A stretch of DNA of 56,302 nt, taken from the NCBI RefSeq assembly GCF_006345805.1, contig NW_021833692.1:1-56302 (forward strand), written 5' to 3'. The position numbers and the translations under genes were made by a program. The notes beneath the pieces are model-generated. The model was not told where the DNA came from. It made no database searches and was given only the letters and a program-made list of their open reading frames with translations. Position 1 is the stretch's first letter; every line of letters begins with the position of its first letter. The stretch comes from Octopus sinensis. Taxonomy: Eukaryota. Shown one piece after another: positions 35,171 to 48,959 of the stretch.

Positions 35171-36468
35171 GTTTGTATGATCATATATTTTAGAAACATA
35201 TGGTCAGTGGCTTTTCTATTTCTGGACAATATTTCTACTATTGTTGCTGCTGACACCACAAATGTTTATCATCATCAATCCATCCATCAACTAGCACTAA
35301 AGAGGTTTGTCTCTCATAAGATTAAAGTGCTCTTTCTACCTAGTGGCCCCCTCCATTAGTTTCTCCCTCTCCTCCTCTGATCCTCCTTCCTTCCCATCTA
35401 CCCCACCACTTTGGCCGTCCCTCTTAATAACTTTACAATGCAGACTGGGTACATTTTATCATGCCACGAACATGTGGGAGGCTGCCTACAAGAGGACTGA
35501 AAAGTCCCCTCTAATCTATGTTAACTTTGTTCATGCAGTCCTTGCACAAATTTAACATACTTTGTTTCCGTATAAACTAAAATTTTTCTCTTGAATAACC
35601 ATGGAAATGTTTTGTGAAGTACGTTTTAATTTGCTTAAATTCAAATAAAACAAATTAAAGTAAGTTGATGCACTTTCAGATAAATGTAGCAATATGATAT
35701 TAGTTATAACATATGCATATTTACATCTTAGTAGTTATGAACAACAAAAACAAAACTGATTTTTTTAAAACCAAAAATCTTTATAAGTAAATAAAAACAC
35801 ATAAAATATATCCAGATATGAAAAATGTTCGTATTCAAGGAATGTCTGCATGGTATTAACTGACATTGCATAGAATATGATAACTGAATGCTAAAATAGC
35901 AACATGATAATGTTTCATCATTTGACATCATTATTCTCATTGTTTTAATTTCCATTTTGTAATATTTTCATTGGATATATATTTTCATATATATTTGCTA
36001 TATTTCATTGGAAATATATTTTCATATATTGCTCTTCCCTAATATCTTTGAGATTACATGAACATCTATTTTATGACACTTAGTGCTATCTTAACTACTT
36101 CTCGTATTTCTATTGTTCTATTTTGTAGGTATCGTTTATTCATTGCATATCTATACTAGGATAGTTCCCTCTTCTGTACACATAACTTGTTGATGTTAAT
36201 TCCTAACCATTTCCTTAGCTCATGTATTTACTGTATATTCAAGATTTTCTTTTAAAATGTTTATACATTTTTCCATTTCATATTTTCTTTAATATTTAGA
36301 AACATAGTATACTGTTTTTAAAAATTGTAACATTTCTTTAATAAAAAAATTTGCTTCACTTTACCATATTATAATGTTCAGCATATCTTGTTTCAGTCCT
36401 TCTTTGATTTGAATTTAACTTATACCTATAAGAAAAAAAAAAAGATAAATCTATAATGTACTTTTCAG

Positions 36469-37914
36469 AAACACATTCAAGAAAATCCATATTATGAAAA
36501 GCGGTTAAACCTTGATAAAGCAGCAGGTCTTCAGTTTTTCACTTCTGATAAAGGAGAAAAAAGAAAAAACACTGAAGACAGTGAAATGGAAGAAAGGAAA
36601 GATAGTTTAAAAAAAATTCAACATGATTCTAAAGAAAATTTTTTAGAAGAGAATAAAGAGACAGAAGCCTCCTCAAAGGATTTAATAAAAGATACAAAGA
36701 CTGACTCTGAAATATCAGCTGAAATTTTTTCTGAAGAAATTCAGAAAGAAAACTTTGAAAATAATAGTAATAAGAAAGCTGGAGTATCTTCCAGTTGTGA
36801 AAATAAACAAAAGAATGAACCAAATGAGACAAAAGTAACAGTTTTGGAGGCAAGTTCTGCAAAAAACAAAATTTTGGATCAAGCAAAATCAACTGTTCAA
36901 AGGTCAAAGATTGCAATTAAGCTTACTGGTAAAACAGTCATAAAACCACTTCAGTATCCTGTGTTACCACCTTCAATACCTGTTGGTAAAATGCCTGGTC
37001 GACACAAAAAGCGAAGTGTTAAAGCTGGTTTTGGTAAGAAAGTATGGCCAGTCAAGGAAATTGAAAACCAATTATCACTTGATGACTTCCTGACATGTTC
37101 AAATAACCATGGTAGTGTCCCAGTCGTTTCAGATATAGAAACTGATGAAGAAAGGACTGATATTAAAATAACAAATATTAACACTTCTGGACAATCAGCT
37201 AATACTTTGCTTCTACAAGAATCTATTGATAATACTGAAAATAAGAAATCTTCTCAGAAATTCTTGCCAGAATCTCACACATCTACAACTTCTGTCTCTG
37301 TTACCCAAATGTCTGGTAACTGTCTCCCCATTGATGTTTTAGCAACAGCGCCTCCCCCACCTCCCCCACCAGTAAATGCTTATAAGAATTCCAGTAATGT
37401 ATTTGGGGATACTGAAAATTCTGATGTGTATACTTTTCCAGCAGTTGGACAAAAAGCAATTAATATGCATGAATTAAACAAATGGAGTGAAGCTAAGATT
37501 TCTGAAAGTAAAAAAGGAGCAAGAACTTTGTTGAACCAACAAGAATATGAACCACAAATGGCAGTATCTACTGGTGTCAGTACCAAATCTGAAGAGTTTT
37601 CAGCAGAAGATCTTGATGATATGAGACTCCTAGGTATTGATCCTGCTTCTCAGGTTCCTATGGCAGAAGTGCGCCCACCACCTTCACTTCTCTCTTTAAC
37701 AGCACATAACATGACTAATGGGGATCATAAAGTTAAGAGTAAACCCATCAAAGACAAAAACTGTGTGGGCAATAGTCACAATGTTTCTTTTGTAGATAAT
37801 AGTACCATATGTGAAAAAGATGGAAAGCAACTAGAATCTGAATGTTTGGTTTCTTTTGATGAAAACAAAGAGCAATCTCCTGTTGAACCTTCTCAAGTTT
37901 GTTCAGAGACTGGG
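36469..37914 (+). CDS. ZNF318: ZNF318-like large exon (482 codons), low-complexity C-terminal region
   Basis: TTTTCAG|AAA acceptor and GGG|GTAAGT donor, phase 0/0. Begins KHIQENPYYEKRLNLDKAAGL (ZNF318-like), in frame with ORF 36586-37932. Confidence 0.87.
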
Positions 37915-38714
37915 GTAAGTAATCTAAGTTGATTTATTTACTGGGAGTAAATGTTATTTACTTATAGCTGGTTATGAGTAGGCAGTACTTGTCTGTGATA
38001 ATTGTCAAATATGATGTTGTTTATGCTTCAAGGAGCCTTGAACAAGCAGACCTATTGTCAAAAGCATTCAAGTTGTGTCTATTTTATATTTTTGTATATC
38101 AGAGGCTCCATTGTCCAATGTGACTTTTTTAAACAGTATAGTATGATTTGAAGGAGATTTGGCTACTATTTCTACTAGGTTGGACAGTGATGTACAGGCT
38201 CCCTTCTTTGGTATTATGTATCTTTGGTATTATGTATATAAACCATAAAAATTATTAAGTAATGTATATAGCACTTATATTTGCTGAATGAAAATATTAA
38301 GCAAATGTGATGAATGCTGTATGTATATTATAACTATCATAACTGTGTAATGTGAGTAAACACCAGCTGTAATCATGGATGGGAAGGGGTTCATAGAAAC
38401 TATTACTGTTGAATAAGAATCCTTTGCCATTATAGTTACATTATCTATCTAATTATTACAACAAAAATCCGATCAAGTGTTTTTTCTTTTCATATTCTCT
38501 ACCTGTCTACCTATTGTTAACCCAAGTAAAGAATATTTTTATCCCACTTGTTTTTGAAAGTGCAGTGATGGCAGATAATTTCTTCACAGGAAACATCACT
38601 ATTTCTAATTCTAGCTCAGAGCTTTTTCATGTTAAGCACAAAATATAACATTTACGCACACACATATGCGTGCACACACAAACACACCCACACACACACA
38701 CACTCTCTCTCTCC

Positions 38715-38840
38715 CCTCTCCCTGATACAGTTTCTGTCTACAAAATTCACTCATAAGGCATTGGTCTGTCTGAGGTTAAAGTTGAAAGTACTTGCCCAAG
38801 GGCCTACGTTATGGAACTGGACCCAAAATCACATAGTTGA
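38715..38840 (-). mobile_element. SINE fragment (same family as 15530-15675)
   Basis: CAAAATTCACTCATAAGGCATTGGTCTGTCTGAGG..GTACTTGCCCAAGG..GGAACTGGACCC. Confidence 0.5.
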
Positions 38841-39306
38841 GAGCTATGCTTACATATATGTATTATTTTGTATAAAAATGTCAGTTGACTTTAAATTCCT
38901 CTAAGGCAAGTTATTTTTATATCCTTGTTATTCAAATTAATACTGCTATCTCACTGAAGACTTGTTCTTTGAATTCATTTGTACAATTACATTGAGTTCA
39001 AAGTGAAATATAACAACATTCTAGACTTTAAGTGCTTGCAAGATACCATTGATATGCATGTACCAAATCCAGTTTATAACAATTGATCCGACTCACCAGT
39101 GGATCCTTGGGTTGGTGTAGGTATCAAATGAATGGCCTTTAAAATTTACAACAGTTGCTTCAGTAGAAATTTATTTTATGTAGTTGTAAAAGATTACATT
39201 ATAATATACATCAGTTAAAATTTTAAACTGGTAAGATTTTAAAAAGTTGACTGGGCATAACCAACATTTGATGGTGGATTGTATATTAAATGGCTTTTGT
39301 GTTTAC

Positions 39307-39339
<33 letters not shown>

Positions 39340-39343
<4 letters not shown>

Positions 39344-39610
39344 GATCACGTGACCGACCAGGCTATCAGATGTTGTTACACTTCACTGGTCCCAATGTGC
39401 ATTTGCATTGTTTTTTAGCCTTCAAATGATGCCACCCCATTGGCTAGGTAAGTAGAATAACATTCCCCCTGATCCAAAGTGGAGTGAGGTGCTGGAGCAA
39501 CGTCAAATGAAGTGTTTTGTTCAAGAACACAATGCACTGCCCAATCAGGGAATTGATTCCACAATCTAGTGATTGTGAGTACAGCACCCTAACCATTAGG
39601 CCACACAGCT
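39340..39610 (-). mobile_element. tRNA-derived SINE (family of 7310-7640)
   Basis: Minus strand GTGGCCTAATGGTTAGGG (A box) ... TGTGTTCTTGAACAAAACAC body. Confidence 0.65.
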
Positions 39611-39679
39611 TCATTGTATATATACATATATATATTTTTTACACACATGTGCATGTGCGCACACATATATGTATATACA

Positions 39680-40260
39680 TCATCATCATCATCGTTTAAC
39701 GTCCATTCTCCATGCTAGCATGGGTTGGACGGTTCGACCGGGGATCTGGGAAGCCAGGCGGCTGCACCAAGCCCCAATCTAATCTGGCAGTGTTTCTACA
39801 GCTGGATGCCCTTCCTAATGCCAACCACTCTGTGAGTGTAGTGGGTACTTTTTACATGCCACCGGCACAGGTGCCAGTCGAGGCTGGCATTGGCCACATT
39901 CGGATGGTGCTTTTTACGTGCCACCGGCACAGGGATCACGACTGCATTTTCCATTGATTTTGATATTGGTGTACTTGACTCAATGGATCTCCTCAAGCAC
40001 AGGGTCGAAATGGTGTTTCTTCACTTGCCACCTGCACAGGAGTCAGTCCAGTGGTCCTGGCAACTGTCGGGTGCCAGTCATAGGATTGGTTCAATTTCGA
40101 TTTCACTTGCCCCAACAGGTCTTTGCAAGCAGAGTTTAGTGTCCAATGAAGGGAGGTTGGCATGGGTGCCTGTCGTCGGAAGAGGTTCGATTTCGACTTC
40201 GCTTGCCTCAACAGGTCTTCGTGTGTCCAAGAAAGGCATGCATAAGTGGGCTGAATCTAA
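39680..40260 (-). mobile_element. RTE 3' UTR/tail, solo copy
   Basis: Reverse complement of 30680-31300, including the GTGCCGGTGGCA repeats and the GAAGACCTGTTGAGGCAA segment. Confidence 0.8.
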
Positions 40261-40599
40261 GAAATAAATTTGTATACATGTGTGTGTGCGTGTTTCTGAG
40301 AGAGAGAGTGATATCTAAGTGGCATTCACTCTCTTTCCCTCTCATGCACACATCATACAAAAAAGTTGTATGCATATTTATTTATGAGTGTACGTATACA
40401 TGACAACACACCCCTTCTGTCTGTCTGTCTCTCTCACACATGTCCATTTCATCTGATGTTTGATTGTGTGTGCACGTGTTGGGCATTCCTCAATTACCAT
40501 GTATGTCAATCACTCTTGTGAAGATATTCATGGAACTCATTTTCTCATTTAATCCCCATTCTAATTTTTGAAAAAGTTTCTGAGAACAATGTTCTCACA

Positions 40600-41774
40600 T
40601 TCCACAAGAGAAGTTGGGGTAGATGTAGATGATCAGTATTCTACAGTGAAGCAAAGACGAGTATATGTAGCCAGAGTCAATGTTGAATTCTGGAACTCTC
40701 TTAACTCTATCAAGTATGTTTTTAAATATATAAACAAAGATTTAGGTGTTGCAATGTATGCTCTTATGCCGAATGGCAGTCAGAAGATAAATAAAAATGA
40801 TGAAGATGCACAGTATGACAGAAGACATCAGTAACAATGAGGCTTTTTGACGCATCTTCAATTTTCCCATTTGTGAGAGGCATCCAACCATCATTCATCT
40901 GAGTGTCCATCTAGAGAATGGCCACAGAAACTACCCTTACTACCTTTTTTAAGTTGTGTCAAGTAGATGAAGATGCAAGAAAACTCCTTTACCCTCAATT
41001 ACCCAAGTATTACATCTGGAGAAACAATAAATAGCACAAGAGGAAATGGGCTGGTGCCCTTGCAAGAGTTTACTGTGTCCCCCCCAAGCCAAACAGAATG
41101 CTACTACTTACAGCTCCTTTTGCATGAAATATGTGGTCCTAAATCATTCCCAGATTTGAGAAGGGTAAATAGTCGTGTGTGAAACTTATAGGGAATCATG
41201 CTATCAGCTAGGTCTTTTTAGAAAACGATGAGCATTGGGACCTTGCATTGACTGAAGCATCAGTATCAGATTGTCCAGGGAAACTCTGTAACCTTTTTGC
41301 AGTTATACTGAACATGTATCGACTTGGCAGTCCCCTACAGCTTTGGATGAAATTTCATGAAGACATGGTTGAGAACTTGTATGCAGTTTAACAGGCAAAC
41401 CCAGATATATACTTTTCTGAAACAATTTTTAATGAAGCACTGATTGTAACTGAGGATGAAGATTTGGCCATGGAAGGCAAAAATTTGCATGAGTCTGGCT
41501 TGGGACTGCCAAAAACAAACCATCAAATTAGTGATTTAACTTCAAGAGACTTCACAGACTTGGCTGCATTTGTGAATGAACAGGAACCTGGTCAATTTTT
41601 TTGTTCTTTTATTATTTATATCATTTTTTTTTTGTATTATGAATTCAGAATTGATTTCCCAATTAAAGAATAAATTGAATTTAGACTAACAAATTTCTAT
41701 ACAACATATTTTGCGTTTTTCTTCCAATATGTAAGGATCAATTTCATTCCTAGGCAACACTGGATGCTTCTGCT

Positions 41775-41776
<2 letters not shown>
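40600..41776 (+). mobile_element. Helitron E, divergent truncated RepHel fragment with 3' end
   Basis: NVEFWNSLNSIKYVFKYINK, CYYLQLLLHEICGPKSFPDL, NDEHWDLALTEA. 3' end CCTAGGCAACACTGGATGCTTCTGCTAG at 41773-41776. The helicase is deleted. Confidence 0.8.
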
Positions 41777-41779
<3 letters not shown>

Positions 41780-41828
<49 letters not shown>

Positions 41829-42253
41829 GTCTTATATTTTTAACATCTTCTTTTCTCCATTTTTAACAAAATTGTTGAATTTTTCATGGGATTTCTTTCC
41901 ATAAATTTGCAACACATCATATATATATATATATATAGTGTAATAAATAAAATATATGCATACATACAAACATATATGTGCGTACCGACATCTACATGTA
42001 TATATACATGCATATATAAATATATATATATACGTACAGGACATCACAAGAAGACGAAAAAATCAACAGAACGAAAACGGAGAAGACATTTTGTTACAAC
42101 AGAAGGACAGAGACGTGGAACAAGACAAAACGAAAACGGGAAAAACAATTATGTGCAGCAGAAAAACGAAGTACAGGACATGCTACACAAGGAAAAATCC
42201 CCTTCATCAGCTGTCGCTAGCAGACACGTATATATATATATATATATATATAA

Positions 42254-42304
<51 letters not shown>
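41780..42304. repeat. (TA)n-rich spacer between two tail-to-tail Helitron ends, with an unassigned A-rich insert at ~42030-42228
   Basis: TA runs at 41780-41822, 41920-41938 and 42229-42304. Confidence 0.75.
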
Positions 42305-42308
<4 letters not shown>

Positions 42309-42342
42309 CAGAGATACCGGGCATTGCTCAGGAGTGAAATGG

Positions 42343-42510
42343 CATATTCGTTTATTCTTATCTTTTACTTGTTTAAAACATATGACTGTGGCATTACTGG
42401 AGCATTGCCTTTAGTCAAATGAATTGACCCTCAAGTAATCATTCTATCGGTCTCTTTTGTGAAGCTGCTAATTTATGACGACATAAACGTACCAACATTA
42501 GTTGGCAAGC
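42343..42510. mobile_element. SINE-like repeat inserted near the Helitron D 3' end
   Basis: TTATTCTTATCTTTTACTTGTTT..GACTGTGGC..CTGGAGCA..ATTCTATCGGTCTCTTTTG body, recognised from recall as a common octopus SINE. Absent from Helitron A. Confidence 0.5.
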
Positions 42511-42529
42511 AATATATATATATATATAT

Positions 42530-42955
42530 ATCATCATCATCATTATTTAACGTCCGTTTTCCATGCTAGCATGGGTTGGACGATTTGACTGCGGACTAGT
42601 GAACCAGATGGCTGCACCAGACTCCAATCTGATCTTGCAGAGTTTCTACAGCTGGATGCCCTTCCTAACACCAACTACTCTGAGAGAATAGTGGGTGCTT
42701 TTACGTGCCACCGGCACGAGGGCCAGTCTGGCGTTACTGGCAACGGCCACACTCAAATGGTGTTTTTTACATGCCACCTGCACAGGAGTCAGTCCAGCGG
42801 CACTGGTAACAACCTTGCTCGAATGTTTTGTTCACGTGTCACCGGCACAAGTGCCAGTAAGGCAATGCAAGTAACGATCACGCTCAAATGTTGCTCTGGC
42901 AGTGATCCAGCTCAGATGGAGCTGTTAACGCCCCACTGACACGGGTGCCAGTCAT
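42530..42955 (-). mobile_element. RTE 3' UTR/tail, solo copy inside Helitron D
   Basis: (CAT)n-TATTTAACGTCCGTTTTCCATGCTAGCATGGGTTGGACG..CTGGATGCCCTTCCTAAC..TTTTACGTGCCACCGGCAC. Confidence 0.8.
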
Positions 42956-45609
42956 CGAATTTGGTTTTATATATATATGTATGTTTGTATATTGATACAC
43001 ACACACAAACACACATATATGTATATCAATATAAATACATAAAAGTACATGAAGTTTGGTAAAATAAAAATGGGTGATCATATACATACCTCCTGGCTGT
43101 TGTGATTATAACACCTCGTAAACAATGTTCCTTGTTTTCCTTGCAAAGAGGTTTCTTTTGCTTCCCACTCTTGAGCTGCCAACATACAGTTGTCCATGTG
43201 AGAAACAGGGCTCTTCCAAGAGAAGACCAGCTACAGAGAGGGTTTGACCCTGAGATTTATTAATGGAAATGGCAAAACTGACACAAAGGGGGAATTGCAG
43301 TCTTCAGAATGTAAATGGAATTTCTGCTCCTGATGGAGCAAGAAGAATTCTTAAAATGAAGACATCATCACCTTTTCCACATCCAGAAAGAATGATAGCT
43401 TTGATAACCGGTGACATCATTTTCTTTATCACCAGTCATGTTCCATTGCAAAGTCTTGGTGGTTCCAGATTGTGGATTAGCATTACAGGAGTTCCAACTT
43501 AAGTGCTAATATGCAGGGAGGTAGTCCAGGAGGCTCCAGTGAATTGAGAAATTCAGGAGGAGAGTTCACCACTTCATTTTTATCTAAAATTGTATAAACA
43601 GACCTGTAAGTGTGTATAGTGCTGGGAAGACAATGCATTAGCTGTTGGTTTATTTTTTTAACAGTGACGTACTTTGGAGCTAATATTTCTCTTTCACACA
43701 GCCAATTGTGATTTTGGTAGTGTTCTGTGAAGTTGGGAAAGACTTTGTTTTTGAGCTCATCTACAGAATTAACAACAGAGGAAAATGGCTACACTTCCAA
43801 TTCTCCTGCAGTATCGAGAGGCATCTTGCCATCACCAAGTGTCAAAATGTCCTTTGCAAACTTTGTGGACATTTGGTCACTGTGTAGCTGAGCTCTCATG
43901 TTAGTGGTGAGACACTGAGGAGCGTAACATGATGCCACAGGGTAGAGGACTTTAGGCATGCTTGGACCTCATCTGCTCTAGTGCCTTTTGGAATGACAGG
44001 AAGAGTTTGCCTGAAATCATCTGACAACAGAAGCGTTACACCTCCCATTGGAGCCTGACAGTCTCGGATGTCTTTCAGGGCTCTATCTAATGCTTCCAAA
44101 GCTCCCTTGTGAGTCATAGTGCACTCATCCCAGACAATTAGATGACACCTTTTAAGTACATGCCTCTGATCTGAGCTTTTGCTGATGTTGCATGAATGCA
44201 TCTCGGATGCTGCTAAATTGAGAGGGAGTTTAAAAGTGGAGTGTGCTGTCCTGCCACCGAGTAACAAAGTAGCTGCAATCCCAGAGGAAGCCAGAGCTGC
44301 CTAACTTCTGCAAGGAGAAGCTTTGTAATAAATGTTTTTCCTGTCCTTCCAGGAGCATCGAGGAAGAAGATTTGTCCCTCGCGTTGGCATACACTGTTAA
44401 GAATAGTTCTGTAGGCCTGCAGCTGGTCCGGAAGTAATTTAGGATTGTTTTCAACGATGTACTTTGAAAGCGCTTGAATGTCGTAGGATGTTTCACAAAT
44501 GACAGCTGTGGAAAGGCTATTTGACCCTGACCTGAATGTTTGTGGCAGATCATATGTGGACTGTTCATTTCCACCCAGTGTAGCAATTCTGTCTTCAATG
44601 TCAATGAAAGTTTTGTTGTAGACTTCATTGCTGATACCCTCCATGTCAGGATAGAGCTGTTGAGCTTGCTTCTTAAAGTCTTCAGCCAGGTTGTCTCTGG
44701 ATTTGAGCCATAGAGTGGCAGGATCACACAGTTCGCATGCCTGTAGTAATACTGCAAATAGTGCCCTGAGACTTTTAGGTAATTCTGATAAAGAAGCCTC
44801 TCCCAAAGTTGCATCCCATTGTGCACCATCTTCTAACAGACCTTGTCATTAGTAGGCTTCTGTGTATGTTGTGCAAACATGTCCATGAATGGTTTCTAGG
44901 GCCTGGAAACACGTTGTCCCTCTGACTTCATGCAGTAGTAGACGGAGGTGAAGCACTCTTGTTGAGTGGGATGCACTATGTATACTCGCCCAAGGCAAGT
45001 GTCAAACTTAATGCCAGAGTATCCATGAACATTTTGACCTGCTTTCCTTGGGGCCCATTTTTTTCCATTCCATATGTAGTACGATGGAATCTGTAGATAC
45101 AGCAAGGTTTGAGTGAATGAATCCTATCCTATGGTAAATCTGTCCCTGCACTTTAGAAGTAGGCATAATAAACCTGCCTTCTTGAACAACATTAGCGCTG
45201 AAAGATGTCATTTGGAATGCACAATTTTACTTCCGGATGTTATTGAGGAAATGTTTCAACTCTGTAGTTGTGCCAGCATAGAGTGACTTCAACAGCTGTG
45301 GCAGATCCAGCAGCGGAGTGAGGTAACTTTTCCATTAGTGCAATACATAGCTGGAGTTTCTCTTGACCACTTCCTAGCTTTGCAGAAAGAGCAAGTGATG
45401 GATATAGCTCCAATGTTCATATCTGGTGGCAATCATAATGAAGCTAAGGGTTGTAGTTGAGAGCCTTTAATGACCATTGTGAAATGCATGGCATTGAAAA
45501 TCCATGTCTATTAGCTCTTTGTTGAATGGAAGTCTGCAGCATAGTATATCTCTGTTGTAAGGTGTGAAAAGCTTGTGCAGCAGCCATGTTGGCAGCATTC
45601 CTGACCAGG

Positions 45610-45910
45610 TGTGTAATGTGTTCATTTTTGTTCTCTGCAGCTCATGCAGCAGTAGTTGATGCAGCATCAGTAGTTGGTTGAACTTTACGCTGGTGTTCAG
45701 TCTCTGCAACTCATGCAGCAACAGCAGTTGGGGCAGCATCAGCAGTTCGTCGAACTTTACACTGGTGTTCAGTCTCCGCAACTCGTGCACTAGCTGTTAA
45801 GGCAGCATCAGCAGTTCATCAAACTTTACACTGGTGTTCAGTCTCTGCAGCTTGTGCAGCAGCAGTTGAGGCAGCATCAGCAGTTCGTCGAATTATATGC
45901 TGGTCATCTG
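45610..45910 (-). repeat. 69-bp coding minisatellite (23-aa units) in the Helitron D N-terminus
   Basis: Anchor CTGGTGTTCAGTCTC at 45690, 45762, 45831, with a variant at 45900 (spacings 72, 69, 69). Unit reads ~RRTADAASTAAARAAETEHQRKV. Confidence 0.8.
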
Positions 45911-47797
45911 TTTGGGGTGCTCTTAAAGTGGCTGTACAATCAGCATTTTGTGATCGTCTAATGTCAGTTTCCACTGACAATTCATTTGCCCTCCTTGCTG
46001 ATGATCTTGTAGCTTTCACAGTTTTTCGTCCAATTGAATAACTCTTCCTTCAGGGCATGATCTAAAATAAGCATGATGAAATGCGGTGAGATACAATGTT
46101 AAGTATTAAATATTAATTGAAGGGTTAGTTTGTAACTGTAGATAAGTTGCAAACTTGCAGCTACTGCGGTAATAATGAACTGGTAGTAGAAATGTAAATG
46201 TGTAAAATAAAATGATGTTAGTGTTATGACATTAAAATGAAAATGGTAACAGTTGTGAAAGGCAAGGTGAGAGAAATGGTAAGAGCAACGGAGAAAGTGG
46301 TTATGAATTGCGTTGGGAATGTTTTCGTTTGAGTGGACATAAATTTTGGGTGCTACCACTGAACAAGCATTTGCGAAATGCTGTTACGTGGTAGCAGTGC
46401 ATGCTAGAAATAGCAGTCAAATGTTTCATATTTCCTTAGTGGAATGAGTGTAGGAATGGCTGCAGGTAAGTTAGTAGGTCTGCAGGCCTGCATTATTGAA
46501 GAAACAAAAAAATATTGGTAAATTTTAATGCGTGCACCAGCATGCATTTCAGTAAGGAAAACAGGAAAAACTGGGACTGTTTTCGCTTGGTATCAAGTAC
46601 CCTGTTCCCCTATTCTTAATGAAAGAAATTGAAAAGAAGTGAATATGTAAGAAATTAACTGAAGCAATGCAAAAGATTGCTCAGCACCCGCATGAAGGAG
46701 GAAGTAATAAATTATTTTGAAAGAATTGAAAATGTAAAAATTTGGAGTAGGGACAGGGAATTGAAAATGAAAGATATTAGTTTTGCATAATTGGAATGTC
46801 CATGATAGAAAACGTCGGAATCTGCTGGAAAAGAAAGAAAGGAAAGTGTTGGGAATATGCAGGTGTACTTGTAAGCATTAACCGATTTGGTAGGTATCTG
46901 TAGTACATCATGCTACCACTGAACAAGTATTTGCGAAAAGCCGTTACGTGGTAGCAGCGCACGTTAGAAATAACAGTGAAATCTTTCATATTGATGCAAT
47001 TTACAAATGAAAAAGGTTATGTACTGAATTCAGCAAAATGAATGAATGTGCTTTAGTTGATCAGTATTGGTTTGATAGAACAATGTTGTGAAGGACAAGA
47101 TGAGAGAAATGGTAAGAGGAAAGCAGACTGATTATGAATTGCGTTCCGAATGTTGTTTGCCTGGATGTGAATTTTGTCGTATTTATAAGAAAGCAGACAG
47201 CTAGAAGGATGAAGATATCAGTGGTGCTATAGTGGTGTGGGGTTATTTGAACTCTCCGTACACTAGGAAGGTTAGACATGAAGTGGATGACTATATTTCA
47301 CTTCACAAGGTAGCATGTGGTTAATGTCTGTTACCATCATCCCATAGTGAGAAGTAAGTTTTATTTCCCTGTCATGAGAATGAAATGAGAATGAGATGTA
47401 AGGGACAATGTTTCTGAGATTCCGGTTCAAATGAAAGGCAGGTCTGAAAGGGTTCCCAATAGTTATTAGTAGCAGTGGTAGAGTGATTATGACAAATATG
47501 TATGTATGTGAAGTAATAGTTTCACTTTAATAGTGAAAGTTATTAAACTGAAAGTACCTCACATTGCAATACAGAGATGTTATTGTTTCACTTTTGACAT
47601 GTTATACTGAAATAGTGTAAGAGATAAGAGATTACTCTGGGCTCGCATTAGGCAAGAAGTGGAAATTGTTTTGCCCCATGACACTGCATGGATCGTAAGT
47701 AAGGCATGTGTAAAATTTCAATGAAATCAGTTGTGTAGTTCTTGAGTTTTAGGGATTCACACAGATACACACACACATTCTCATCTTTATATATATA

Positions 47798-48925
<1,128 letters not shown>

Positions 48926-48959
48926 AAATAAATAGAGTTTAATGCAGATATAATTTAAA

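Larger units (their letters stand above)
42305..47797 (-). mobile_element. Helitron D (same family as A; RepHel with Rep domain deleted)
   Basis: Degenerate 3' end (+ strand TTAGCAGAGATACCGGGCATTGCTCAGG). Helicase 43100-44400 is highly similar to 12690-13970. N-terminal MTSFSANVVQEGRFIMPTSKVQGQIYHRIG. 5' module GATGAGAATGTGTGTG..CCTAAAACTCAAGAACTAC near 47740-47790. Confidence 0.88.

Noticed and set aside
42185-42225. Minus-strand CTGATGA in the spacer insert as a hammerhead
   Set aside because: No GAAA follows the possible stem II and no stem I partner is visible.
45610-45910. Regular repeats here and at 30782-31135 as CRISPR-like arrays
   Set aside because: The context is eukaryotic, and the units are degenerate tandem copies without unique spacers or cas genes.
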